Shown here: positions 16,735-24,706 of the stretch, piece after piece
How positions within the stretch are numbered: the stretch's first letter is position 1
Layout: the number at the start of each line of letters is the position of its first letter
Assembly: GCF_000341895.1 (NCBI RefSeq)
Contig: NC_020409.1
Coordinates: forward strand, 840,001 to 872,000
Reading direction: 5' to 3'
From: Pseudodesulfovibrio piezophilus C1TLV30
Lineage (GTDB): Bacteria > Desulfobacterota > Desulfovibrionia > Desulfovibrionales > Desulfovibrionaceae
Length of the DNA: 32,000 nt
Translations under genes and position numbers: made by a program
The notes under the pieces: model-generated
Database searches by the model: none
The model's input: the letters and a program-made list of their open reading frames with translations, nothing else
What the model was told of the DNA's origin: nothing

Positions 16735-16756
16735 TTTTTTATGCGTCTTCGTCTTC

Positions 16757-17749
16757 TCAAAAAGCGAGCACCGTGCGGTATCGCTCTCTGTATTCCCTCA
16801 ATGAAAACATCTCCACAGCCTTTTGCCGCCCCGCTTCTGCCAAACGCGCTCGCAGAACTTTGTCATTGGCCAACATCATGACGTATTTTTCCCAGTCCCC
16901 GGTCTCCCGAACAAGAAATCCGTTCACACCATGTTCCACCATTTCACTATGAACACCAATATCCGAAGCGACAACAGCAACACCACTGGCCATGTACTTC
17001 AATATATTCAAGGTACACCCTCCCTCGCCGAAGTCATCATTGACCACGGGAAGCAGACCGATATCCATGGCCTGGAGTTTCATGGGTTCATTCTCCTGCG
17101 ACCATGCAGCCCAAAAGGAATACTCACGCCCTGGGCCTATATATTGTTTACGGGAAACAATTGAAAACTGAATCTGACCTGCATGCATTTCAAGCTGTGC
17201 CAAAGTGCTTTTGAACGCAGAAAGATCCCCCACAGTCTCTACCCAGCCGACTAATGTGACGCCTCCCCTCTTGCCTCCGGTTCCCGGACAGTAAAGGTTT
17301 GAGTCAATAGCCGTGGGAACAGTATGGACTCTTTCGCATAGTCCTGACATTTCTTTTGCAAGTCTGGAATTATCGGCAACACCGATATCCGCCTGTTGAC
17401 AAAGGCGTTCGAAGCGACGTTGCCTTTTTGCCAGCTTCCGGGCTGCGCCCAACCTATTGAGACTCTCTCCAGGCATTGCCCAGACTGCTTCCGAACAATC
17501 GAAAACCAGGACTTCACATAACCGACGAATACCTCCCAACTCAAAAGCGGAGACCAACTCTCGATGAATAACAATCACGTCTGCGTGGGGTAGTCGGCTA
17601 AAAAAAGAATACCGGCGAATCGGATTCTTGGGAATTTCCTTATAAAACATATCAGCAGCATCCCCAAATTCATGTGCTATCAAGGGCAGCACACGAAATT
17701 GCGCATGGGAATTCTGCATCCCCTGAGGGATGAGAAACATAATTTTCAT
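16757..17749 (-). CDS. Glycosyltransferase, GT-B fold (GT1/GT4-like)
   Basis: 330 aa. The C-terminal domain GEGGCTLNILKYMASGVAVVASDIGVHSEMVEHGVNGFLV resembles the GT4 EX7E region. The gene directly abuts the upstream glycosyltransferase stop. Confidence 0.72.
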   Translation of the reverse strand: MKIMFLIPQGMQNSHAQFRVLPLIAHEFGDAADMFYKEIPKNPIRRYSFFSRLPHADVIVIHRELVSAFELGGIRRLCEVLVFDCSEAVWAMPGESLNRLGAARKLAKRQRRFERLCQQADIGVADNSRLAKEMSGLCERVHTVPTAIDSNLYCPGTGGKRGGVTLVGWVETVGDLSAFKSTLAQLEMHAGQIQFSIVSRKQYIGPGREYSFWAAWSQENEPMKLQAMDIGLLPVVNDDFGEGGCTLNILKYMASGVAVVASDIGVHSEMVEHGVNGFLVRETGDWEKYVMMLANDKVLRARLAEAGRQKAVEMFSLREYRERYRTVLAF

Positions 17750-18883
17750 TTATTTATTTGAAATCGTATTTTCGATCATTTTTATATATGGTTCAAGACC
17801 TATTTCAATATCCGTAGGCCATTCAAAAGGCGTTGGGCGGTCTTCGACTGACATCCGTTCAAGAAGCTCTGTCATGGCTGAAACATCTGCAGGATCGGGG
17901 AAAATCCACTTTTTGGGCAGAAAATATGCACTCCCGTTAAGGGCACTTGACGCAACCCGGCATCCGCAGGCCAACGCTTCAAGCACTGCATTAGAACAGG
18001 CATCGTAAAAGCTCGCCAAAATAAAAATATCTATCCGCCGATAAAAACACTGCATATCATCGACTCGCCCAAGAAAACGAACCCTGTGCTCCACGCCAAG
18101 CTCCCGTGCAAGGCGGAGATATTTATCAGGTTTCCGCCCTCCGGCCACATGCAAAACGTGGTTTTCCGGCAATCCTGCCAAAACATGCAGGAGTGGCGCG
18201 ATACCTTTGAGGGCAAAATTGGTTGCGGCAGTGCCGATCACCACATTGTCAGTCGAAATATCCAATTCAGCACGAAGTGACGTCCGCTCTTCTTCTGAAG
18301 GATGGGAAAACCGACTCAAGTCCGGCCTGTTGTATATGACGTCTATGGAATCAGGGGCGCGATAAGGATGAGCCTCGACGATCAGATCCCGTACAAAATG
18401 TGAAACAGTCACAATCCGCGGTGTGCGATGCATGCGCTGTGCGTCAAGCCAGTGAATGAGCCAGTTGACAGGTGATAGCCGACGCCGAAACATTTTAAAC
18501 CAACGGGGGAATCCCGCAGGCCAAGCCTGCTGTGAAAGACGCCAGAAAACAGAGATAGGCCCCCCGCCGATACGCAAAATATCCTGGTTGATCGTATTCG
18601 CCATACCAAAAACCAAATCATATTTTTTTTTGCGCACACAACGGTCGGCCATGAGGGCAAACCAGAGAACCTTGAAAAGTCGCAAACCGCCAAAACGGCC
18701 GACAACGACAGGAGTCACTCCCGCAGGTGGTTCCGTCTCCACGCGGCCGCAGATGAAATCCACCTCGTGCCCACGAGCTGCCAAGGCTTCAGAAAGCCTC
18801 CACGCAAAGGATTCTGCGCCGCCATATTTACTGAAGCGGGGCATGGTCACAGCCAAACGCCTTTTTTTATCAAATGTCGCCAT
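17750..18883 (-). CDS. Glycosyltransferase family 4-like (RfaG-type)
   Basis: The N-terminus LAVTMPRFSKYGGAESFAWRLSEALAARGHEV and the C-terminus LASFYDACSNAVLEALACGCRVASS fit GT4. The start was chosen as ATG 18883, which has AAGG 7 nt upstream. The track ORF extends to 18946. Confidence 0.72.
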   Translation of the reverse strand: MATFDKKRRLAVTMPRFSKYGGAESFAWRLSEALAARGHEVDFICGRVETEPPAGVTPVVVGRFGGLRLFKVLWFALMADRCVRKKKYDLVFGMANTINQDILRIGGGPISVFWRLSQQAWPAGFPRWFKMFRRRLSPVNWLIHWLDAQRMHRTPRIVTVSHFVRDLIVEAHPYRAPDSIDVIYNRPDLSRFSHPSEEERTSLRAELDISTDNVVIGTAATNFALKGIAPLLHVLAGLPENHVLHVAGGRKPDKYLRLARELGVEHRVRFLGRVDDMQCFYRRIDIFILASFYDACSNAVLEALACGCRVASSALNGSAYFLPKKWIFPDPADVSAMTELLERMSVEDRPTPFEWPTDIEIGLEPYIKMIENTISNK

Positions 18884-18989
18884 AGGCATACCTTGTGAAC
18901 GATATTGACGACTTTGACAAGGCGGAGTTCTTGCACGGAAAAACAAAGAGCGTTATGAGTCCGGAAGTTTCATACCATCAAGGAGTCCC

Positions 18990-19574
18990 ATGTTTTTTCT
19001 GACCCCATCATTTGATCTACACCTGTTCGTACTCATCAACCAACACCTTCGTTGCGGCCTCTTTGATGGCATCATGCCCATTCTGTCGTCCATGACAGTC
19101 CTCATAATAATTCTGGCAATTATCTTGGCATTCCTGGCAGTGTGGGGAGGGAAAAAGAATGTTCTTCTCTTCCTCATTTTGATTGCGGCAGTGGGGGTAT
19201 CAGATTTCTCGACCAATCTGGTCAAAAAACAGGTAAACCGTGTCCGGCCGTACAATTCCATAGCCGAGACACACTATCGGGAAGATGGAGAATGGCGTCA
19301 ACGCGCGCCTGAATTCAGCCGCACCAAGATAACAGGAAGATCATATCCTTCCGCTCATGCGGCAAACACCATGTGCCTGGCACTTCTGACCATTGTTTTC
19401 TGGCCTGCCGTGAAAAAATGGCCTTTGCTTCTCCCGGCAGCTGTGGGCTATTCACGAATATATCTCGGCAAACATTACCCGACAGATATATTGGCCGGAT
19501 GGCTGATGGGTGCCATTGTGGCAGTCTCAGTCTGGTTGATCTGGCGAGCTCTGAGCCAGAGAGTCCGGCTTTGA
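18990..19574 (+). CDS. PAP2-family membrane phosphatase (undecaprenyl-diphosphate or lipid phosphate phosphatase type)
   Basis: All three PAP2 motifs are present: KKQVNRVRP, SYPSAHAANT and SRIYLGKHYPTDILAG. The RBS is AAGGAG. The product is a multi-TM protein. Confidence 0.82.
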   Translation: MFFLTPSFDLHLFVLINQHLRCGLFDGIMPILSSMTVLIIILAIILAFLAVWGGKKNVLLFLILIAAVGVSDFSTNLVKKQVNRVRPYNSIAETHYREDGEWRQRAPEFSRTKITGRSYPSAHAANTMCLALLTIVFWPAVKKWPLLLPAAVGYSRIYLGKHYPTDILAGWLMGAIVAVSVWLIWRALSQRVRL

Positions 19575-19579
19575 AAGAG

Positions 19580-20308
19580 CTAGGCATCCTTTTCGGAAGA
19601 GACAAGTCCTGCTGCCGTTGCTTCTTTTTTATAGCTCCGAAAAATTGCCATTCCAAGCCAGATTGAGGCAAGAAAGAGCATCACTGCCATGCCCAGCGAC
19701 AACGCCACGCCAAGAGTTGACTCTTCTTTCATCCCTGCACCAAAAAGAGCGAAAATAAAATTTTGCGGAATATAGCCCAAAGTTGAACCGAGAATAAAGG
19801 GTATCAATGGAATTGAACTTATTCCAGCAGCAAGATTGGTCAAGACATTGCTCCCGAGAGGAAAAAAGCGAATGGCAAGGGCTGTCCTGAATGGCTTATG
19901 ACGGAGAAATCCATCAAGTCGACTGATACGGGGACCAAGCTTTCTTGCAACAAGATCCCGCCCTCCCCATCGTGCATAGCACGAGGCCAAGGCGCATCCA
20001 AGTCCGGAGCCGATGGTAGACAGGATCGTCCCACCAACAATGCCGAAAGCAAAACCACCGAGAAATCCAACCAATTGACGCGGAAGGCCCGCAGCCGACA
20101 GAACCGCCCCGACAACAATAAAAATCAGAAAAGCCAACGGACCATGGCCAATTATATGATCATTAAACCACTCCGTATTCTTGAGCATATCCCCAAGCCC
20201 GAAAGAACGGCCCAGATAAACGATTAATCCCAGTCCGGCCACCATGACCAGCCCTTTGACAACGGCTTTGACACCGCCTCTCTTTTCACTGCTTATTGTT
20301 TTCGTCAT
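19580..20308 (-). CDS. TVP38/TMEM64-family (DedA superfamily, VTT domain) membrane protein
   Basis: Motifs GLPRQLVGFLGGFAFGIVGGTILSTIGSGLGCALASCYARWGGRDLV and AIRFFPLGSNVLTNLAAGIS...LGYIPQNFIFALFG. The start was set at ATG 20308 (MTKTISSEKRGG), but no clear SD is present and the start is uncertain. The track ORF extends to 20440. Confidence 0.68.
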   Translation of the reverse strand: MTKTISSEKRGGVKAVVKGLVMVAGLGLIVYLGRSFGLGDMLKNTEWFNDHIIGHGPLAFLIFIVVGAVLSAAGLPRQLVGFLGGFAFGIVGGTILSTIGSGLGCALASCYARWGGRDLVARKLGPRISRLDGFLRHKPFRTALAIRFFPLGSNVLTNLAAGISSIPLIPFILGSTLGYIPQNFIFALFGAGMKEESTLGVALSLGMAVMLFLASIWLGMAIFRSYKKEATAAGLVSSEKDA

Positions 20309-20555
20309 ATTTCTGTTGCTGCATCCGAGAGTAGAGATAAAGAAGACAGGCCTGCCCGAGAAAAAAAAGGGGGTCACTCTGGACCACTGCATACACAAGT
20401 CCCGAGCCGCACGAAACAAACAGCACAAACATCGTCGCACGCGAAAAAGAATGTACTGTCTTTCGCTTCATGCGCACAAGGCACAATCGCACGAAAAAGG
20501 CCCCCTGCAAAACGGTCGCGAGGGCCAGAAGCCACCAATAGGCAGGCAATTGCAT
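20286..20555 (-). CDS. Small membrane protein resembling the lipid-A-biosynthesis N-terminal (LAB_N) domain
   Basis: 89 aa. The pattern WWLLALATVLQGAFFVRL...DPLFFLGQACLLYLYSRM matches my recollection of the LAB_N family, which is commonly found next to ArnC/GtrB-like GT2 genes. The gene starts 4 nt after the GT2 stop. Confidence 0.55.
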   Translation of the reverse strand: MQLPAYWWLLALATVLQGAFFVRLCLVRMKRKTVHSFSRATMFVLFVSCGSGLVYAVVQSDPLFFLGQACLLYLYSRMQQQKYDENNKQ

Positions 20556-20558
20556 GAG

Positions 20559-21281
20559 TTACTTTTCTTCTTTCACGCTATAGCCGATATGTCGCTTGAT
20601 AAGCCAACCGACGCCTATAAGATCATAAATACCAGCCATGGCGCGATCAAGGGTTCCGTATTTCGACACCCCTGCTCCACGCTCGCGATGGTTGACCTTG
20701 ACTTCCTTGATCCTCGCACCCTGCATCTTCATGAGAATGGGAAAATATCTATGCATATTCTTGAATCGAGGCAACTTCAAAAGCATATCCCTGCGCATTA
20801 TTTTGAGCGAACACCCAGTATCTTTGACACCATCATCCACGATGGCATCCCGGATGGCATTGGCTATACGAGAAGAAATACGCTTAATGAAAGTATCCTT
20901 CCGTTTGACCCGCCACCCAATGACCATCTCACAGCCATCACCAAAAAGAGCCAGCATATTTGGTATATCCGCCGGATCATTTTGCAGATCGGCATCCATT
21001 GTCACGACGATGTCACTTTCCGCGGCATCGAAACCGGCGCAAAAAGCGGCTGACTGTCCACAGTTCTCTGCAAAAGCCACATAACGAATTTCATCATGCT
21101 GATCTGCAAGAGAACGAATTATGGACAAACTGTCGTCCGTACTACAGTCGTCCACGAAGACGGCTTCCCACTGCCTGCCTGTGATATCCACGGCCTGTTT
21201 CAATTCATTGAACAACGCTTTGATGTTGTCCTGCTCATTGAAGACCGGCAGTACCACTGAGAATTTGTCGTTGTTTTTCAT
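20559..21281 (-). CDS. Polyprenyl-phosphate glycosyltransferase, GT2 (ArnC/GtrB/DPM1-like)
   Basis: 240 aa. Motifs FSVVLPVFNEQDNI, VFVDDCSTDDS, VTMDADLQNDPADIP, KRKDTFIKRISS and DTGCSLKIMRRD fit this family. The product is soluble-type and short, without C-terminal TM helices. Confidence 0.85.
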   Translation of the reverse strand: MKNNDKFSVVLPVFNEQDNIKALFNELKQAVDITGRQWEAVFVDDCSTDDSLSIIRSLADQHDEIRYVAFAENCGQSAAFCAGFDAAESDIVVTMDADLQNDPADIPNMLALFGDGCEMVIGWRVKRKDTFIKRISSRIANAIRDAIVDDGVKDTGCSLKIMRRDMLLKLPRFKNMHRYFPILMKMQGARIKEVKVNHRERGAGVSKYGTLDRAMAGIYDLIGVGWLIKRHIGYSVKEEK

Positions 21282-21393
21282 ATGCGAGATGAATTACGGA
21301 ATTTGAAGGAAGTTGTAAACAGTCAGACTCCCAATCTGGGAAATGAATGCAAAATACTCTCCTGATTTTTTTTAAACTATTTTTAAAAAGCAA

Positions 21394-21422
21394 TTGACAA
21401 AAGCTGGGGCACCCCATAGAAA
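21394..21422 (+). promoter_or_regulatory. Promoter of tRNA-fMet copy 1
   Basis: TTGACA (21394-21399), a 17-bp spacer, then TAGAAA (21417-21422). It lies 14 nt upstream of the mature tRNA 5' end. The same architecture is repeated before copy 2. Confidence 0.5.
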
Positions 21423-21436
21423 CAGCTCTCACGTGT

Positions 21437-21512
21437 CGCGGGGTGGAGCAGTTGGTAGCTCGTCGGGCTCATAACCCGAAGGCCAGAGGTTCAAGTCCTC
21501 TCCCCGCTACCA
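21437..21512 (+). tRNA. Initiator tRNA-fMet (anticodon CAT), copy 1
   Basis: The sequence CGCGGGGTGGAGCAGTTGGTAGCTCGTCGGGCTCATAACCCGAAGGCCAGAGGTTCAAGTCCTCTCCCCGCTACCA is near-identical in layout to E. coli tRNA-fMet. It has a 1:72 mismatch, three G:C pairs closing the anticodon stem, anticodon CAT at 21470-21472, and an encoded CCA. Confidence 0.92.
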
Positions 21513-21524
21513 CTAGAAAATCAA

Positions 21525-21558
21525 CCGGTTGCATCGAATGATGTCGCCGGTTTTTTTT
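21525..21558 (+). terminator. Intrinsic terminator after tRNA-fMet copy 1
   Basis: Imperfect hairpin CCGGTTGCATC-GAAT-GATGTCGCCGG followed by T8 (21551-21558). Confidence 0.6.
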
Positions 21559-21669
21559 GTGTGCATTCTCTGATCCTCAATAACTGATCATGAAAGAAGA
21601 GAACCTTCACTCCTCCTTTTCATTGATCATAAATAACTCTCACATTTTTTTTAATTTCACTACTTTTGA

Positions 21670-21698
21670 TTGACAAAATCAAATTCACCCCATAGAAA
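21670..21698 (+). promoter_or_regulatory. Promoter of tRNA-fMet copy 2
   Basis: TTGACA (21670-21675), a 17-bp spacer, then TAGAAA (21693-21698). The downstream 24 nt are identical to copy 1. Confidence 0.5.
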
Positions 21699-21712
21699 CA
21701 GCTCTCACGTGT

Positions 21713-21788
<76 letters not shown>

Positions 21789-21799
21789 CTAGAAAATCA

Positions 21800-21833
21800 G
21801 CCGATTACATCAAACGATGTAATCGGCTTTTTT
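21800..21833 (+). terminator. Intrinsic terminator after tRNA-fMet copy 2
   Basis: Perfect 12-bp stem GCCGATTACATC-AAAC-GATGTAATCGGC followed by TTTTTT. In the opposite direction it may also weakly terminate the convergent sensor kinase gene. Confidence 0.8.
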
Positions 21834-21893
21834 ATTTTTCTCTTCACAAGTGAGAGAGATATTCATGACACTGCTGTTTGCTCTGCCCGTGAC

Positions 21894-24422
21894 TTAATTT
21901 AAGAGGGCGACAAATATCCCTTTCAATTCATCCGGCTCCATGGGTTTGGTCAGATAATCATCCATACCGGCCTCAAGAAATTTTTCCCTGTCCCCGGTCA
22001 TGGCGTATGCTGTCAGTGCCACGATAGGAATATCAGCTTTATCCAACCCGACATCACCTCCTCGAATGGCTCTGGCGGTCTCCAGGCCATCAAGAACCGG
22101 CATCTGAATATCAAGCACAACCATATCAAAATCAGATTTGGAGAGAGCTTCCAATGCAAGCTCTCCATTGGTAACCAATGTAACGGTACATCCCATCTTT
22201 TCCATCTGCCATTTAGCGGACAAACCACTGACCCGATCATCATCCGCCAAAAGCACAGCATGCGCCAAAGTCAAATCCGCGCCTTCAGCCTCCACCATTT
22301 TGACCTTTTCACGTGAGACAGATGCAGCCTGATCAGTTTCAAAAGGTATGGAAAGGTATGTGGTCGTCCCCTCACCCACTTCACTTTCCAGAGAGATGGT
22401 TCCTCCCATCAGCGAGACAAGCCCCTTCACTATTGACAGCCCCAGCCCGGCACCCTGAAAATTACGTTGGTAACTTCCCTCGACCTGAGTAAACGGTTCG
22501 AAAAGAACACCAACCATCTCGTCGGGAATGCCGATTCCTGTATCTTCGATTGAGAACAGCAAACAGGTTTTATCCGCAGGGCACCGAGGGAGCAACCGTG
22601 CATCCAATTTAATTGTACCATTTTCCGTGAATTTAATAGAATTACCCACTATATTACTGAGCAATTGCTGAAGTCGCGTTGAGTCGCCCAAGAGTACGGC
22701 TGGAATATCCGAATCAAGATTTAGAGAAAATTCCACGCCCTGTTGCTTTGCCACAGGCTGAAAAAGATGTGCCAGCCCGACCATGACATCCTTGAAATCA
22801 AAAGGTTCCTTCACGACCTGAATCTTGCCGACCTCAACTTTTGACAGATCAAGGATATCGGATAAAAGCCGATTTAGCCTGGTGCTGGAGTTAAGGGCGA
22901 TATCCACATATTCCAACTGTTTTTCAGTCGGCTCCGATGATCGCAAAAGGTGGAGCATCCCCACAAGCCCATTTAATGGAGTTCGAATTTCATGGCTCAT
23001 ATTGGCCAAGAAAATAGACTTGGCATGGCTGGCTGTTTCCGCCTGCTCCTTTGCCTGAACCAGGTGATCCTCCATAACTTTTCGCTTTGATATATCCCGG
23101 CTGATCGCTATGATATAGGAATCATGATCAATGGTCGTCCCTCCGACACTGACTTCAACATCAAATGCGGTCCCGTCCTTACGTCTATGTTGGGTTTCAA
23201 ATGTGGTGTGCACCTTGGAAAAATCCTTGAAGATATGACGAGTATCCCCTTCTGTCATCACGGCTTCCCATTCCCAAGTATACATACCAAGAACCTCATG
23301 CAGCTCATAGCCAAGCATCTGAGCAAAGGCCTTGTTCGCATCAATAATGCAATGTTCCTGATTGATAATGACGATACCGTCAGTGGCAGTATCCATCAAG
23401 GCTCTCCGTCTGGCTGCCTCCCGACGAAATTCCTCCATCACTCTCTTGCGTTCCGTAATATCTCGGGCGATGCCACCTAACCCCAGAAAAACACCTTGAT
23501 CGTCATAGTGGAACGAACAGGACCACATGACAACTCGATAACTTTGGTTCTTCATATTGACCAAACGATTTTCCAATTTGGCCTGACGGACATTCCTTTC
23601 AATGCACTCTTCAAACCATTCCCGAGTTTTTCGTCGATCTTCACGAAGAACAAAATCAAAAACAGAGCGCCCCACACTTTCTCCTGGCGAACACCCAAGA
23701 ACCATGGCTGCCATATGATTAACAAAGGAAAATCGGGCTTGCCTATCCACGTTCACGATAAGATCTTCCGAGCTTTCCACCAGCCCTCGGTATTGTTGTT
23801 CGCTTTCGCGAAAGAGAGTATCCAGTTCGGCCTGCCCCTCCTGACTATTTAACAACAAACCAACCACAAATATGCCACAAAAAATGGCAACCCCATAAGG
23901 CAAGGCGATGGCCTGTGTCAGGAGCCACCCAGTCTTGAAATCCTGAACAAAAAGGAATCCCGGCACAATGAGCACAGAGGCAAAAAAAGCGAAATAAAAC
24001 GCCCTCGGCAAACTGGAAAAAGGTCGGAAAAAGAGATTGATCACAACACCGGCAAATGCCGCAAGAGCAACACCGACCACTCCAGCCAAAACCCCGCCGC
24101 CACCAAGGTACACTCGGAAGCCGCCCGCAAGCATTCCACTGATCAAAGCGGACACAGGTCCACCAAAGGCACCGCTCAGCGCAATAACCGCATTCCTTTG
24201 ATCGACGATCACCCCTTCGTAGACCGGAATTTTTTCATACATGCAGCCGATGGCAAAGAACCCGAACACAATCCCCATTACAATCTGTCGCCCGGACGAG
24301 GGCCAGGCAGAGAACTGCTCATGAATGAATCTATACAAAACGACAAGCGCGATAAAAAGCGCGAGATTATTGAAGAGAGAAAAAAAAAGATCCACGCCTT
24401 GAATCATAAGCCCGACCTTCAT
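21894..24422 (-). CDS. Hybrid sensor histidine kinase (5TM LytS/YhcK-type membrane domain, 2 PAS, HisKA, HATPase_c, REC)
   Basis: The start was trimmed to ATG 24422, which has AGGA 6 nt upstream. The membrane domain carries DQRNAVIALSGAFGGPVSALISG. PAS regions follow. The H-box reads FLANMSHEIRTPLNG. The ATPase motifs are GNSIKFT, DTGIGIP and GAGLGLSIV. The C-terminal REC reads LLADDD...VLDIQMPVLDG...ALTA...KP. Confidence 0.85.
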   Translation of the reverse strand: MKVGLMIQGVDLFFSLFNNLALFIALVVLYRFIHEQFSAWPSSGRQIVMGIVFGFFAIGCMYEKIPVYEGVIVDQRNAVIALSGAFGGPVSALISGMLAGGFRVYLGGGGVLAGVVGVALAAFAGVVINLFFRPFSSLPRAFYFAFFASVLIVPGFLFVQDFKTGWLLTQAIALPYGVAIFCGIFVVGLLLNSQEGQAELDTLFRESEQQYRGLVESSEDLIVNVDRQARFSFVNHMAAMVLGCSPGESVGRSVFDFVLREDRRKTREWFEECIERNVRQAKLENRLVNMKNQSYRVVMWSCSFHYDDQGVFLGLGGIARDITERKRVMEEFRREAARRRALMDTATDGIVIINQEHCIIDANKAFAQMLGYELHEVLGMYTWEWEAVMTEGDTRHIFKDFSKVHTTFETQHRRKDGTAFDVEVSVGGTTIDHDSYIIAISRDISKRKVMEDHLVQAKEQAETASHAKSIFLANMSHEIRTPLNGLVGMLHLLRSSEPTEKQLEYVDIALNSSTRLNRLLSDILDLSKVEVGKIQVVKEPFDFKDVMVGLAHLFQPVAKQQGVEFSLNLDSDIPAVLLGDSTRLQQLLSNIVGNSIKFTENGTIKLDARLLPRCPADKTCLLFSIEDTGIGIPDEMVGVLFEPFTQVEGSYQRNFQGAGLGLSIVKGLVSLMGGTISLESEVGEGTTTYLSIPFETDQAASVSREKVKMVEAEGADLTLAHAVLLADDDRVSGLSAKWQMEKMGCTVTLVTNGELALEALSKSDFDMVVLDIQMPVLDGLETARAIRGGDVGLDKADIPIVALTAYAMTGDREKFLEAGMDDYLTKPMEPDELKGIFVALLN

Positions 24423-24645
24423 GTATAATCCTGCAACCGAACACGAAGTCCATCTCCGGCATTGAGGAACGACATTGTCATAAAGCGGACTCCAAAGAGA
24501 GCAACAAATCCGCCAAGACGTACGATGAACAATTCTGATCCTAGTCGAGTCATATTGACCGGACAATTATATCTCTCTGGGCCTCCTCGAATAATACTCT
24601 GAGAATTAAAAAGGAGTAAACTGACAGCCCCTTGGAATAACCGAT

Positions 24646-24682
24646 AAAAAAAAGCTCCGGCACACCTTGCGGATGCCGGAGC
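24646..24682 (-). terminator. Rho-independent terminator of the thi operon
   Basis: The minus strand reads GCUCCGGCA-(11-nt loop)-UGCCGGAGC followed by U8. It lies 25 nt downstream of the thiC stop. Confidence 0.7.
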
Positions 24683-24706
24683 AATACAAAGACCAAATGG
24701 ACAATA

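Noticed and set aside
20244-21053. 269-aa plus-strand ORF (and 20638..21084) opposite the GT2, LAB_N and DedA-type genes.
   Set aside because: It is an antisense shadow spanning three real genes, with a low-complexity His/Arg/Lys-rich translation.
21560-21640. Imperfect inverted repeat TGATCATGAAA...TTTCATTGATCA between the two tRNA genes.
   Set aside because: It is imperfect, AT-rich and not followed by a U-tract. It is most likely a remnant of the duplicated spacer rather than a functional element.
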